From the IMG/VR virus record IMGVR_UViG_3300032323_003201, positions 8,062 through 72,061 of that record: a stretch of 64,000 bases of DNA. One strand, 5' to 3'. Below the pieces are notes generated by a model, which was not told the DNA's origin, did no database searches, and worked only from the letters and a program-made list of their open reading frames with translations. Below, in pieces: positions 1 through 10,020 of the stretch (positions are counted from its first letter, which is position 1; the number at the start of each line of letters is the position of its first letter). Source of the stretch: a virus. Both the position numbers and the translations under genes were made by a program.

Positions 1-1
1 T

Positions 2-463
2 GTCATCTCTATTGAAAAGAACAACTTTGGTCAGCTACATACCTTCACACTACAAAAAAACACTGACCTACCTATTAAGGAACATGTCACAACAGCAGGC
101 AATAAGAATAGTGCATGGATAGGTGTGCCAAGCCTTACCACCCTCTTTGAGAATGGGAAAATGATCCTACCAACAAAGACACCAGAGGATGTAGATAAGT
201 CAGATTTATTATGTAGTGAGCTGTATGGTCTTGGGAAGGAAAAGCATGATGATACAGTCATGAGCCTTTGGATTGCAGTATCTGCCATGAGAGATAGTGA
301 TTTTCAATATTCTATTGCTGTGGGTGATACCATGCTTGATGCACATGGTGAAAAAATGACACAAGCGAATTTTTCTTCCTATAGTAAGATAGCTCAAAGC
401 GAAGCTGTCCAGTCTATTTGGGATAGCTTTCAAATAGACTATGATGTTGATGATGAAGGATAA
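2..463 (+). CDS. terL: Terminase large subunit, C-terminal nuclease domain (5' partial)
   Basis: Frame is open from base 2: VISIEKNNFGQ...KHDDTVMSLWIA, matching the RNase H-like TerL motifs (IExNxxG and HDDxxxS/A). Phage structural context. Confidence 0.8.
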   Translation, partial: VISIEKNNFGQLHTFTLQKNTDLPIKEHVTTAGNKNSAWIGVPSLTTLFENGKMILPTKTPEDVDKSDLLCSELYGLGKEKHDDTVMSLWIAVSAMRDSDFQYSIAVGDTMLDAHGEKMTQANFSSYSKIAQSEAVQSIWDSFQIDYDVDDEG

Positions 464-468
464 AAATC

Positions 469-792
469 ATGATTATGAGAACGATTGAGCTGGCATCACA
501 AGATAACCAGCCTGTAATTTTTGACAAAGCAAGCATGGGGTTTTCCCCTGCAGATATCTTGTCAGCCTGTCAAATCCATTGCACAGGTCTTGATGGTGGT
601 AAATACAAGGTTGAGCTACTTCCACCTGATGGTTTTGGCTATATTCTTTTCCAAGACAATGCCACACAGCTTGATGGTGTGCTTGTGACTGAACAAAGCT
701 TTGTATTTGAAGCTCTAAGAGTAACCTTTATCGATTTGGGTGTAGGTGCACAACCAAAGGTCAAAGCCAACTTCTTTAGAAGGAGAATGTAG
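469..792 (+). CDS. Hypothetical protein, possibly a small beta-sandwich virion protein
   Basis: 107-aa ORF tightly packed between terL and the fibre gene; no recognised motif. Confidence 0.6.
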   Translation: MIMRTIELASQDNQPVIFDKASMGFSPADILSACQIHCTGLDGGKYKVELLPPDGFGYILFQDNATQLDGVLVTEQSFVFEALRVTFIDLGVGAQPKVKANFFRRRM

Positions 793-794
793 TC

Positions 795-3700
795 ATGTCA
801 ATTCTACTTGGTAATCAAGCAGTCAGTGGTAAGCCTGCTAGTGAAACGCAACCAGGTGTTGTACAGCTAGCCACTGCTGAACAAACTGCTGAGGGTCAAT
901 CAAGCACACTAGCCACAACCCCTGCAGGTGTATCTCTAGCGATTGAAGGTGTTGTTGCCAATGCACCACAATCCCTTGACACACTTGGGGAGCTTGCACT
1001 TGCAATCAACAATGACCCAAGCTTTGGGATAACTGTCAATGCTAGACTTGATGCACTTGAAGCAGGTGGGGGACAAGCAGATGTTGGTGCAATTATCATT
1101 GAGCTAGATGCAACACAAGTGGGTGCAGGTCTCAATGCTAATGGATCATATTCACCAGATGGAAGCACTGACTTTATTGCTCAAGCAACCTCTCTAAAAC
1201 ATGCAGATACCTTACTTGATATGGGTCTCTCTAGTCTGTCGGATTTAGTACAAATCCAAGATGCAAGTATCCAAGCAAACACAAACAACCTCGCAACTTT
1301 GACACCTGCTGTGGCAAGCAATTCTCTCTCAATTGTAAGCCTACAATCAGATTTGACAACACTGTCTAATACTGTGTCTAATCAAGGCACAAGCATTGCC
1401 ACTTTGTCTACTGATTTGGCTAGTGTAGTCGTTGATGTTTCCACACACACAGGACAATTAAACAGCTTACAAGCTGATGTCATTACTCAAGGGAATACGA
1501 TCAACTCGCACTCACAAGCGATTTTAGATCTACAAGGTGGCCTTGCTCAATCTAATGCAAATATTAGTGCCAATACCAATGCAATTTCAATCGTAGATAC
1601 AGCTCTCACCACAGAGATTTTAACTAGAGAGCAAGCAGACACCACACTACAAAACAACATTAATACAGTGGGTGCAAATCTAGCCACAGAGATTTTAGAT
1701 AGACAGGCAGCGATTGTATCTGTGACTAATGCAATCACTGTCGTAGATGGTAAAGTATTGGATGAAAGCACAACAAGAGAGCAAGCAGACACCACATTAC
1801 AAGGCAATATTAATGCTGTGTCAGTAGCTCTCAACCAAGAGGTGGCAGATCGTCAAGGTGCAGATACCACAATCCAAAACAATATCAATGTAGTAAGCAA
1901 TGCACTTGCTCAAGAGGTGGCAGATCGTCAAGGTGCAGATACCACAATTCAAAACAATATCACTGGTGTATCTCTTAACCTAACCACAGAAATCACAAAT
2001 CGTGCAAATGCTGACCAAGTTTTGCAAGCAAGTATCACAACTGTTAGCAATGATTTAGTCACAGAGGTTAACAATCGCACCCAAGCAATCGCAAGCTTGA
2101 CACTATCACTTGATGGCACAAACACAAATCTTAGCAATGAAATTTTAGCTAGACAACAGGCTGACACTACACTTCAAAACAATATTAATGGTGTAGCAAA
2201 TGATTTACTAAGTGAAGCAAATACCAGAGCTGGTGCAGATGCTAGCCTCTTGCTTTCTATTCAAGGTGCAATCCAATCAATCAATGCTCTTGATATAGAT
2301 ATAGAGAATGAAGCTCTTGCTCGCTCGCAAGCAGATACATTACTTGATACTAGAATCACAACACTAGAGCAAAATGTGCCTAGCGATGCAAACTTTGAAG
2401 CTCTAAATAATAAGGTTAGTGCAATCGTAAGCTCTGTCTCTCTCAATGTAGATGGCACATATAACCAACCTGTTGGGACAAACTCACTAGATGCAAGCAC
2501 AAGTGTCATGGGTGCTTTGGTGATTATTGATAGTGAAATTCATGGTGTATCCACTGACTTGGCACAAGAAATCTCTGAGAGACAACAAGCAATTTCTAAC
2601 CTGTCTACAAGTGTCCAAAACCTAAGCATTGATTTGACAGCAGAGATTATCACTAGAGAGCAAGCAGATACTCTTCTTCAAAATAGAATTAATGGTGTAT
2701 CCAGTGATTTGACAGATGAGGTTGGGTTTAGATCAAGTGCAGATACCACTCTTCAAAACAATATCAATGGGGTGAGTGCAAATCTAGCAACAGAAATCAC
2801 AGATAGACAACAAGCTATCACAGCCTTAGACACTTTTCTTACAAATGCTATTGCTGTTGTAGGTGCTGATTTAGCCACAGAGATTTTGGATAGACAACAG
2901 GCTGATACATTTTTACAAAGTGATATTAATGCTCTGAATATTGGCTTTACTCAAGATCTACAAGATACACAAACAGCAATCACCAATTTAGACACAGAGC
3001 TAACAAGTGCGATTGGTGTAGTCAGTGCAAATCTTGCCACAGAGATTTTAGATAGACAAGGTGCAGATACAACCCTTCAAAATAATATCAATGGGGTGAG
3101 TGCAAATCTAGCCACAGAGATTTTAGATAGGCAGCAAGCTATCACAGCCTTAGATACTTCTCTATCTAGTGCAATTGACCAAGTGGCTGGCAACCTTACA
3201 ACAGAAATCACAAATAGACAACAAGCAGATACAACCCTTCAAAATAATATCAATGGGGTGAGTGCAAATCTAACCAATGAAACCAATGCTCGTGCAAGTG
3301 CAGATATCGTTCTTCAAGGACATATTGACACTGTGAGCGATGATTTAGCACAAGAAAGACTTGATCGTTTAAGTGCTGTGGCTCAAGAGGTGCTTGATCG
3401 TGCAAGTGAAGATAACTTGTTACAGGATCAAATTGATAGCTTGGTGGATGAAGTAAACTTAATTGAAGGCTCAATTGGCCTTGAGAATGATGGTAGCTAT
3501 GTAGCTCCAATCTCTAACTTTCTTTCAGGCACTGCCACAGTTAAGCAAGGCTTGCAAGTTTTAGATCAGCAAGTGAAACTAGCTTTTGATACCATCACAA
3601 GCACTGAAAACAATTTATCAAGTGAGCTTGCACCTCTCATTATTCGCAACAATGGGTTTTTAGATCAAGGTGTAGATGTTGTCATCTTTGATCCAGAAAA

Positions 3701-3842
3701 TCATGTTGTGCGTGGTGATTATGGTGCTTTAGGGTTTCAACCATCCACAGGGGACGCTGTTTTTTATGCTCCCCTTGGTGGCTCATCTGATAGACACTTT
3801 ACCTACGACTTAACAGGCAATATCATCTTTACAGGAGTATAG
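795..3842 (+). CDS. Long coiled-coil fibre protein (tail, collar or head fibre)
   Basis: N-terminal phage fibre repeat ASETQPGVVQLAT and NAPQSLDTLGELALAINNDPSF; many ~25-aa repeats EIxDRQQADTTLQNNINGVSANL; RBS AGGAG. Confidence 0.8.
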   Translation: MSILLGNQAVSGKPASETQPGVVQLATAEQTAEGQSSTLATTPAGVSLAIEGVVANAPQSLDTLGELALAINNDPSFGITVNARLDALEAGGGQADVGAIIIELDATQVGAGLNANGSYSPDGSTDFIAQATSLKHADTLLDMGLSSLSDLVQIQDASIQANTNNLATLTPAVASNSLSIVSLQSDLTTLSNTVSNQGTSIATLSTDLASVVVDVSTHTGQLNSLQADVITQGNTINSHSQAILDLQGGLAQSNANISANTNAISIVDTALTTEILTREQADTTLQNNINTVGANLATEILDRQAAIVSVTNAITVVDGKVLDESTTREQADTTLQGNINAVSVALNQEVADRQGADTTIQNNINVVSNALAQEVADRQGADTTIQNNITGVSLNLTTEITNRANADQVLQASITTVSNDLVTEVNNRTQAIASLTLSLDGTNTNLSNEILARQQADTTLQNNINGVANDLLSEANTRAGADASLLLSIQGAIQSINALDIDIENEALARSQADTLLDTRITTLEQNVPSDANFEALNNKVSAIVSSVSLNVDGTYNQPVGTNSLDASTSVMGALVIIDSEIHGVSTDLAQEISERQQAISNLSTSVQNLSIDLTAEIITREQADTLLQNRINGVSSDLTDEVGFRSSADTTLQNNINGVSANLATEITDRQQAITALDTFLTNAIAVVGADLATEILDRQQADTFLQSDINALNIGFTQDLQDTQTAITNLDTELTSAIGVVSANLATEILDRQGADTTLQNNINGVSANLATEILDRQQAITALDTSLSSAIDQVAGNLTTEITNRQQADTTLQNNINGVSANLTNETNARASADIVLQGHIDTVSDDLAQERLDRLSAVAQEVLDRASEDNLLQDQIDSLVDEVNLIEGSIGLENDGSYVAPISNFLSGTATVKQGLQVLDQQVKLAFDTITSTENNLSSELAPLIIRNNGFLDQGVDVVIFDPENHVVRGDYGALGFQPSTGDAVFYAPLGGSSDRHFTYDLTGNIIFTGV

Positions 3843-3847
3843 CAAGC

Positions 3848-6800
3848 ATGTCAGCTATTAGACCCAATGCAAATGGAAGCCACGATCTTGGAACAAGTAC
3901 ACATAAATGGGGTACTGTCCATGCTCAAAATGTAAATGCTCAAAATGCAAGTATCTCTCAAGACTTGACCATTGAAGGCAATCTTACAGTCAATGGCAAT
4001 CAAATTATTAACAATGTTGAAACTGTGGAAGCTGTTGACCCACTCATCAAGCTTGCCAAAGACAACAATGGTGATTTACTTGATATTGGTCTCTATGGTC
4101 AATACCAAGAAGGTGAAAGCACCAAGTATGCAGCTATCTATAGAGATGCAAGTGAAAACAAGTTTAAGCTCTCTACAGGTATTGTTGCACAGCCTACTAC
4201 CACTGTTTCAGGTGGTGTTGTTGGCACTCTTGTTGCAAATGTAGAAGGTAATGCTGACTCTGCATCTGCTCTTGAAACACCTCGTCAAATTGCTTTATCT
4301 GGTGCTGTGAGTGGATCAGTGAATTTTGATGGTAGTGCAAATGTTGAGCTAGTCACAAGCATTGCGAATGGTACAATTGCCAATGACAAGCTTGCTCATT
4401 CATCTATCCTTTTTGGTGAAGAACAAATTGCACTAGGTGGCACAATCAATTTTGAAGGCACTGCCAACCAAGTCTCTGTTGCTCAAGCTGGCAATACCTT
4501 TACCTTTAGTCTACCCAACCACCTTTTCCTTGGCACAATCACAGCAAGTCATATCAATGCTCAAATTGAAGGTGTGTCAGCAGAAGCCAATAAACTTGCT
4601 ACACCTCGTCAAATCTCTTTGGGTGGTGCAGTCAGTGGTGCAATCAATTTTGATGGGTCAAGCGATGTAGAAATTAACACAAGTATTGCCAATGGAAGCC
4701 TTGCGAATGCCAAGCTCACAAATTCATCCATTGCTGTCAATGGATCAAGTATTTCCCTTGGTGGCTCTTTGGATATTCAAGGTAGTGCAAGCCAAGTAGT
4801 AGTTAGCACAGATGGATCAACCTTGACCCTATCCTTGCCAGCTAGTATCAATGTTAATTCAGCATCTTCCACTATCCTTGAAACACCTCGTCAAATTGCT
4901 TTATCAGGTGCAGTCAATGGCTCAGTCAATTTTGATGGGTCAAGTAATGTTGAGCTAGTCACAAGCATTGCGAATGGAAGCCTTGCCAATGAGAAGCTCA
5001 CAAGCTCTTCTATTTCTGTCAATGGGTCAAGCATTTCTCTAGGTGGGTCTTTGGATATTCAAGGCACTGCAAGTCAAGTGGCTGTGTCCACAGATGGATC
5101 AACAGTGAGCTTGGCTTTACCTGCTAGTATCAATGTCAATGCACAAACTGCCACTGCTCTTGAAACTGCTCGTGAAATCTCTTTAAGTGGTGCAGTCAGT
5201 GGTGCAGTCAATTTTGATGGTAGTGCAAATGTAGGAATTATAACAAGCATTGCGAATGGGACAATTGCCAATGACAAGCTTGTAAATAGTGCAATCTCTT
5301 TTGATGGCACAAGCATTGCTCTTGGTGGCACTGTGTCAATTCAAGGTAGTGCAAATCAAGTTTCTGTTGGTCAAGTAGGTGGTGCATATACCATTAGCTT
5401 GCCAGCTAGTATCAATGTAAATTCAGAGTCTGCCACAGCTCTTGAAACAGCTAGACAAATCGCTCTATCTGGTGCAGTCAGTGGCTCTGTGAATTTTGAT
5501 GGGTCAAGCAATGTTGAAATTTCAACAAGCATTGCCAATGGGTCAATTGCCAATGATAAGCTTGCAAGCAATTCTATTTCTTTTGATGGTGCAAACATTG
5601 CTCTTGGTGGATCTGTATCTATCCAAGGCACAGCTGACCAAGTGTCTATTGCACAAGTAGGTGGAGCATATACGATTGGCTTGCCAGAAAGCATTCTTGT
5701 CAATGCACAAACTGCAAGCTCTCTTCTCTCACCTAGACAAATTGCTTTATCAGGTGCAGTCAGTGGCTCTGTAAATTTTGATGGTAGTGCAAATGTTGAA
5801 ATTAGCACAAGCATTGCCAATGGTAGTGTTGCGAATGCCAAGCTCACAAATTCATCCATTGCTGTGAATGGCACAAGTATTTCCCTTGGTGGGTCTTTGG
5901 ATATTCAAGGCACTGTTAGTGAGGTGTCTGTGTCCACTGATGGATCAACCTTGACCATTGGGTTACCAAATGAAATTAGTGCTGACTTGCTTGGGAATGC
6001 TGACACTGCCACACTTGCAACCCAAGCCTTGAGCCTATCTACTGCACGCACTATCTCTTTGAGTGGTGATGTTGTTGGTAGTGTGAATTTTGATGGTAGT
6101 GCAAATGTAGACATTGTAAGCACAATCCAAGTGGCAAGTGTAGAAAATAGCATGCTTGCTAACTCAAAGCTTGTTTTCAATGGTGGGGATGTAAACTTAG
6201 GTGATAGTTTCTCTATTAGTGCAGGGTCAAATCTTGCATCATCGCAAGTTGGTAATGCATTGACCCTATCTATTGCCACTGCCTTTAGTGATAGAGTAGG
6301 ACAATCAGAGCTTGATATTGCTGCTCTTGATACTCGTCTTGACACTGCTGAAATTGATATTGATACCTTACAAGGTGCAATGACAACAGCTCAAGGTGAT
6401 ATCACTACCTTACAAGGTGCAATGACAACAGCTCAAGGGAATATCACTACCTTACAAGGTGCAATGACAACAGCTCAAGGTGATATTGTTGCTCTTGATG
6501 GTCGTCTTGATACTGCTGAGATTGATATTGATACACTACAAGGTGAAATGACAACAGCTCAAGGGGATATCACAAGCTTAGAAACAAGCGTGGCAGGTAT
6601 TCTTAGCTCTAAGGCTCAAGCTGGTGGTATTGCAACCCTTGATTTGAATGGCACTATCCCACAATCCCAATTGCCTTCAATTGCTCTCAACTCAACCTAT
6701 GCTGTGGCAGATATTGCTGAAAGAGATGCTTTGGTTGTGCAGCAAGGTGACATGGCAATCGTTGCAAGTGAAACTAAAACCTATGTGTATACACAGGACA

Positions 6801-8497
6801 ATTCATGGCTTGAAATCCTATCACCAACCTTCTCTTCATCCTTCCAATCACTACAAGATGAGATTGATGCTGTAGAGCTTGGATCAGGCTTAAGCAATAG
6901 TGGTGCATACATTGCAGATAACACAACCAGCTACCTAACCCTTGCCACCTCTCTAAAGGATGCAGACAAGAAGCTAGATAGTGCTATCCTTGCTATCGAT
7001 GGTAGAGTAACAACAGCAGAAGGCAATATCACTACCTTACAGGGTGGATTAACAACAGCTGAAGGCAATATCACAAGCTTGCAAGGTGATTTAGGCACTG
7101 CTGAGGGTGATATTTTAGCTTTGGATACTCGCTTAACAACAGCTGAAGGCAATATCAGTGGCTTACAAGGGAACATGGTTGTTGCTCAAGGTGATATTAC
7201 TACATTACAAGGTGGGTTAACTACTGCTCAAGGTGATATTACTACATTACAAGCTAGTTTAGGCACAGTTCAAAGTGATATCTCTGGTCTTGATACTCGC
7301 TTAACAAGTGCAGAGGGTGTGAATACAACACAAGGCACAAGTATCACAACACTACAAAGCAATCAATCAACCATGAGAATTTCTTCTGGTCTTGAAAGCA
7401 ATTTAACCTATGTGCCAAACAATTGGTCTTCTCTCGGCTTTCCTTTACCTGGTGCTAATGAAGCTCATTATGTCACAAGTGCTAGTCGTTTAGCAGGTGC
7501 GATTGCTATCCTTGACCAAAAGGTATATGAAGCTAAGACAGCTTTAGGTAATGGTCAAATCTCTAATGCACAGCTCACAAATTCAACCATCTCTGTCAAT
7601 GGCACAAGTATTGCTCTTGGTGATAGCTTAACCCTTGAAGGCACAGCCAGTGAGGTGGATGTAAGCACAAGTGGATCTACTGTGTCCATTGGCTTGCCTC
7701 AAGATGTGACAATTGCACGAAACTTGACTGTTGTAAATAACATGACTTGCCAAGGTGGTAATCTTGTTGTTGAGGATGGTAGCTTGACTGTCTATGGTGG
7801 TATCACTGCTGTTGGTGGTAATCTCTCTGTCAATGGTGGTGTCATTACAAGCTCACAAGCTAACTTCTCATCACTCGTTGCCAAATTCGTTGACCCATTA
7901 CTCTCTATTGGCTATGACAATTCAAGTGCAACAGCTGACCTTGGTTTCTATGTAAAAGATAGTAGTGCAAAATATCAAGGCTTGGTAAGTGATACCTCTG
8001 ATAGTGGCAAGTGGAAGCTCTTAAAGAATTTAACCTCAGATCCAGGCACTAACAATGTTGTTGATCTTACAGGCTCATCCTTTGCAGATATCAAGGTTGG
8101 TGGATTAGAAGCAAGCACAATCACAGGCTCATCTCTTGCAACTGTTGCAAGCTTAAAGGTCAGTGGTGCAGTAAAAACAAGTGGGATTACAACCAACACA
8201 AATGCAAGCTATTCAATCTCTAGTTCAACTCATATCATGCTTGTCAATGACAGCTCTGTTGGGATATTACCAGCTATCACAGCTGACATGGCAGGTCTCA
8301 AATTGGTTGTCAAGTGCTTACAATTTAGTGCAGATGCATGGTTTATGGTGCAGGGTGCAGGCACAGATAAGATTGATACACAATCAGCTATCACAGTTAA
8401 TCTCACTGAAGGGTGTCCAAGTGTTGAATTATTGTGTGATGGTAGTGCTTGGTGGATTGTTAGTAAGCATGCCTCTTCTATTACTTATACCCCATAG
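3848..8497 (+). CDS. Very long repeat-rich fibre/adhesin protein
   Basis: About 7 copies of LETPRQIALSGAVSGSVNFDGSANV with ~95-aa period, heptad repeats TTAQGDITTLQG, and DPLIxL...DxGxY motifs near both ends; RBS GGAG. Confidence 0.8.
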   Translation: MSAIRPNANGSHDLGTSTHKWGTVHAQNVNAQNASISQDLTIEGNLTVNGNQIINNVETVEAVDPLIKLAKDNNGDLLDIGLYGQYQEGESTKYAAIYRDASENKFKLSTGIVAQPTTTVSGGVVGTLVANVEGNADSASALETPRQIALSGAVSGSVNFDGSANVELVTSIANGTIANDKLAHSSILFGEEQIALGGTINFEGTANQVSVAQAGNTFTFSLPNHLFLGTITASHINAQIEGVSAEANKLATPRQISLGGAVSGAINFDGSSDVEINTSIANGSLANAKLTNSSIAVNGSSISLGGSLDIQGSASQVVVSTDGSTLTLSLPASINVNSASSTILETPRQIALSGAVNGSVNFDGSSNVELVTSIANGSLANEKLTSSSISVNGSSISLGGSLDIQGTASQVAVSTDGSTVSLALPASINVNAQTATALETAREISLSGAVSGAVNFDGSANVGIITSIANGTIANDKLVNSAISFDGTSIALGGTVSIQGSANQVSVGQVGGAYTISLPASINVNSESATALETARQIALSGAVSGSVNFDGSSNVEISTSIANGSIANDKLASNSISFDGANIALGGSVSIQGTADQVSIAQVGGAYTIGLPESILVNAQTASSLLSPRQIALSGAVSGSVNFDGSANVEISTSIANGSVANAKLTNSSIAVNGTSISLGGSLDIQGTVSEVSVSTDGSTLTIGLPNEISADLLGNADTATLATQALSLSTARTISLSGDVVGSVNFDGSANVDIVSTIQVASVENSMLANSKLVFNGGDVNLGDSFSISAGSNLASSQVGNALTLSIATAFSDRVGQSELDIAALDTRLDTAEIDIDTLQGAMTTAQGDITTLQGAMTTAQGNITTLQGAMTTAQGDIVALDGRLDTAEIDIDTLQGEMTTAQGDITSLETSVAGILSSKAQAGGIATLDLNGTIPQSQLPSIALNSTYAVADIAERDALVVQQGDMAIVASETKTYVYTQDNSWLEILSPTFSSSFQSLQDEIDAVELGSGLSNSGAYIADNTTSYLTLATSLKDADKKLDSAILAIDGRVTTAEGNITTLQGGLTTAEGNITSLQGDLGTAEGDILALDTRLTTAEGNISGLQGNMVVAQGDITTLQGGLTTAQGDITTLQASLGTVQSDISGLDTRLTSAEGVNTTQGTSITTLQSNQSTMRISSGLESNLTYVPNNWSSLGFPLPGANEAHYVTSASRLAGAIAILDQKVYEAKTALGNGQISNAQLTNSTISVNGTSIALGDSLTLEGTASEVDVSTSGSTVSIGLPQDVTIARNLTVVNNMTCQGGNLVVEDGSLTVYGGITAVGGNLSVNGGVITSSQANFSSLVAKFVDPLLSIGYDNSSATADLGFYVKDSSAKYQGLVSDTSDSGKWKLLKNLTSDPGTNNVVDLTGSSFADIKVGGLEASTITGSSLATVASLKVSGAVKTSGITTNTNASYSISSSTHIMLVNDSSVGILPAITADMAGLKLVVKCLQFSADAWFMVQGAGTDKIDTQSAITVNLTEGCPSVELLCDGSAWWIVSKHASSITYTP
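6364..6487 (+). repeat. 42-bp near-perfect tandem repeat (x3) inside the fibre gene
   Basis: Unit TACCTTACAAGGTGCAATGACAACAGCTCAAGGTGATATCAC, encoding TLQGAMTTAQGDIT. Confidence 0.9.
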
Positions 8498-8649
8498 TTT
8501 TTGAAACAAATTTGATGATTTTTGACACGATTTAGTGCTTACCCCCTACCTATTTTATATAATTTACATACAAAAGCACTCAAAATTAAAGCCTGCACCT
8601 ATCAGAAATAGCATGTTCCATAGCTTTTTAAGCAAAATCCTATCAAAAA

Positions 8650-9000
8650 GCATGATCGAAAAGGGGGGGATAAGGTGAAAAAGGAGCAAAAAAGAGGCAG
8701 TTTTCTATCAAAAACCATGTGATTGAGCATGAAAACAGTCGTTTTTGGGTGCAAAAAAGGGGGGATAATTTGGCGTTTTTCATGTATTTGCCACCCCCCC
8801 TCCCCCCCCCACCCCCCATTTACATATCTTTCTATCATCTCTAAGTAGTTGAAAACACTACATATTTAATAATACTATATACATGGGGGGAGGGGGGGTA
8901 TTTTTATTTGAGATGAGAAATATTTTTTTATTTTTTTGTGCAGACAGATTTAGAAAAATATTTTTTTAGAAGAGGTATACACCCCCCACCCCCCCATCAT
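8650..9000. repeat. Left arm of a long imperfect inverted repeat (G/C-tract element)
   Basis: Reverse complement of 8802-9000 aligns closely with 49470-49671; patchy similarity extends to 8650 vs 49820. Non-coding, with C6-C9 and G6-G8 runs. Confidence 0.92.
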
Positions 9001-9121
9001 GTGAAACAAATAAATTAATGCTCTACATTCGATGAAATCAAGATATTGATAGCAATGGGGGGGGTATGCATATTTTAGAATGACTTTTTGCCTTGTGCTA
9101 CAATCCAAGCAAAGGAGACAC

Positions 9122-9431
9122 TATGCAAATGAAGATCAATACTGCCAGATACACAACCCTTATTCTTATTCTTTTAATCCTGTGCCTATACTTTCCCAAT
9201 GTGATGGCATGGGTTAGCACAGTAATCACAAGCATGATAGGTTGGCTGTTATTCACGACTAAGGAACAGACTAAAGCACAAGAAAAAGCAATAGAGGATC
9301 ATATCCATAGAGCGATTGAAATCCATGACAAGCTGGCAAGCATGGAAGCTCTCATGCAACATAAGATGGAAAAGGCACGACTTGACGCAAGGGATGAGGC
9401 AATCTCTAAGCTAGATGGTGAATGGAAATGA
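9122..9431 (+). CDS. Membrane protein with N-terminal TM and coiled coil (i-spanin-like)
   Basis: ATG after RBS AAGGAG; hydrophobic LILILLILCLYF...MIGWLLF followed by a charged helix; upstream of holin-like and SLT genes. Confidence 0.55.
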
Positions 9432-9787
9432 TCAGCCTCATCCTACAGCTTGGTCTTTGGGTGAATACGAATGGGGTAGAGCAGCATGTGCCTTGTCCCC
9501 TAATCTATGAGCAAGAGCAAAGGTTGCCTGTGGGGTGCATGGTGCTAAATCAAGGTGTATTATATTCACCCACACACTACATAGACACTAAAGTGAATGA
9601 GTCAGAGGATAAGGTTAAAATTAGTGCATTGGAGGAGCAAATTGCTTTCCTACAAGCAGAGTTAGTAAAGACTCAAAACCAATTAACAAAATGCCTTATT
9701 GAGCCAAAGCCAAGCACAACCCAGCCTTTTATCTATGGTGTGCTAGGTGGTGCGATTATTACAGGAGCGATATTATGGAACAAGTAA
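9422..9787 (+). CDS. Exported coiled-coil protein with C-terminal TM (spanin-like lysis accessory)
   Basis: Hydrophobic N-terminus, central coiled coil, C-terminal TM FIYGVLGGAIITGAILW. Confidence 0.5.
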   Translation: MEMISLILQLGLWVNTNGVEQHVPCPLIYEQEQRLPVGCMVLNQGVLYSPTHYIDTKVNESEDKVKISALEEQIAFLQAELVKTQNQLTKCLIEPKPSTTQPFIYGVLGGAIITGAILWNK

Positions 9788-10011
9788 CTTTAACCTATGC
9801 CACACTACTTGGCCTTGTAGGTCTTTTCTATACCTCTCTCAAAGAGAAGCAAGAGCAAGCCAAATCACTTGGGAAATTAGAAGAGAAGGTGGCTAGTTTA
9901 GAAGCCAAACAACAAACTTTACATGAATTAGTGGAAGCTCTACAAGAAACTAAAATAGCAGTGGCAAGACTTGAAACAAAGATTGACGCTTTACTAGGAC
10001 ATAGACAATAG
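9775..10011 (+). CDS. Holin-like small membrane protein
   Basis: One N-terminal TM plus a coiled coil ending VARLETKIDALL; lysis-cassette context. Confidence 0.5.
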   Translation: MEQVTLTYATLLGLVGLFYTSLKEKQEQAKSLGKLEEKVASLEAKQQTLHELVEALQETKIAVARLETKIDALLGHRQ

Positions 10012-10020
10012 GAAGGGAAG

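Noticed and set aside
795-8497. Periodic repeats that might be a CRISPR array or DGR template/variable repeats
   Set aside because: The repeats are in-frame protein repeats with synonymous variation. There are no unique spacers, no adenine-specific mismatch pattern and no reverse transcriptase or cas gene in the window.
8602-8838. Short ORFs inside the inverted-repeat arms (8602-8838 and 49679-49870)
   Set aside because: They read through homopolymer tracts, lack an RBS, and the frames are not conserved between the arms; treated as non-coding.
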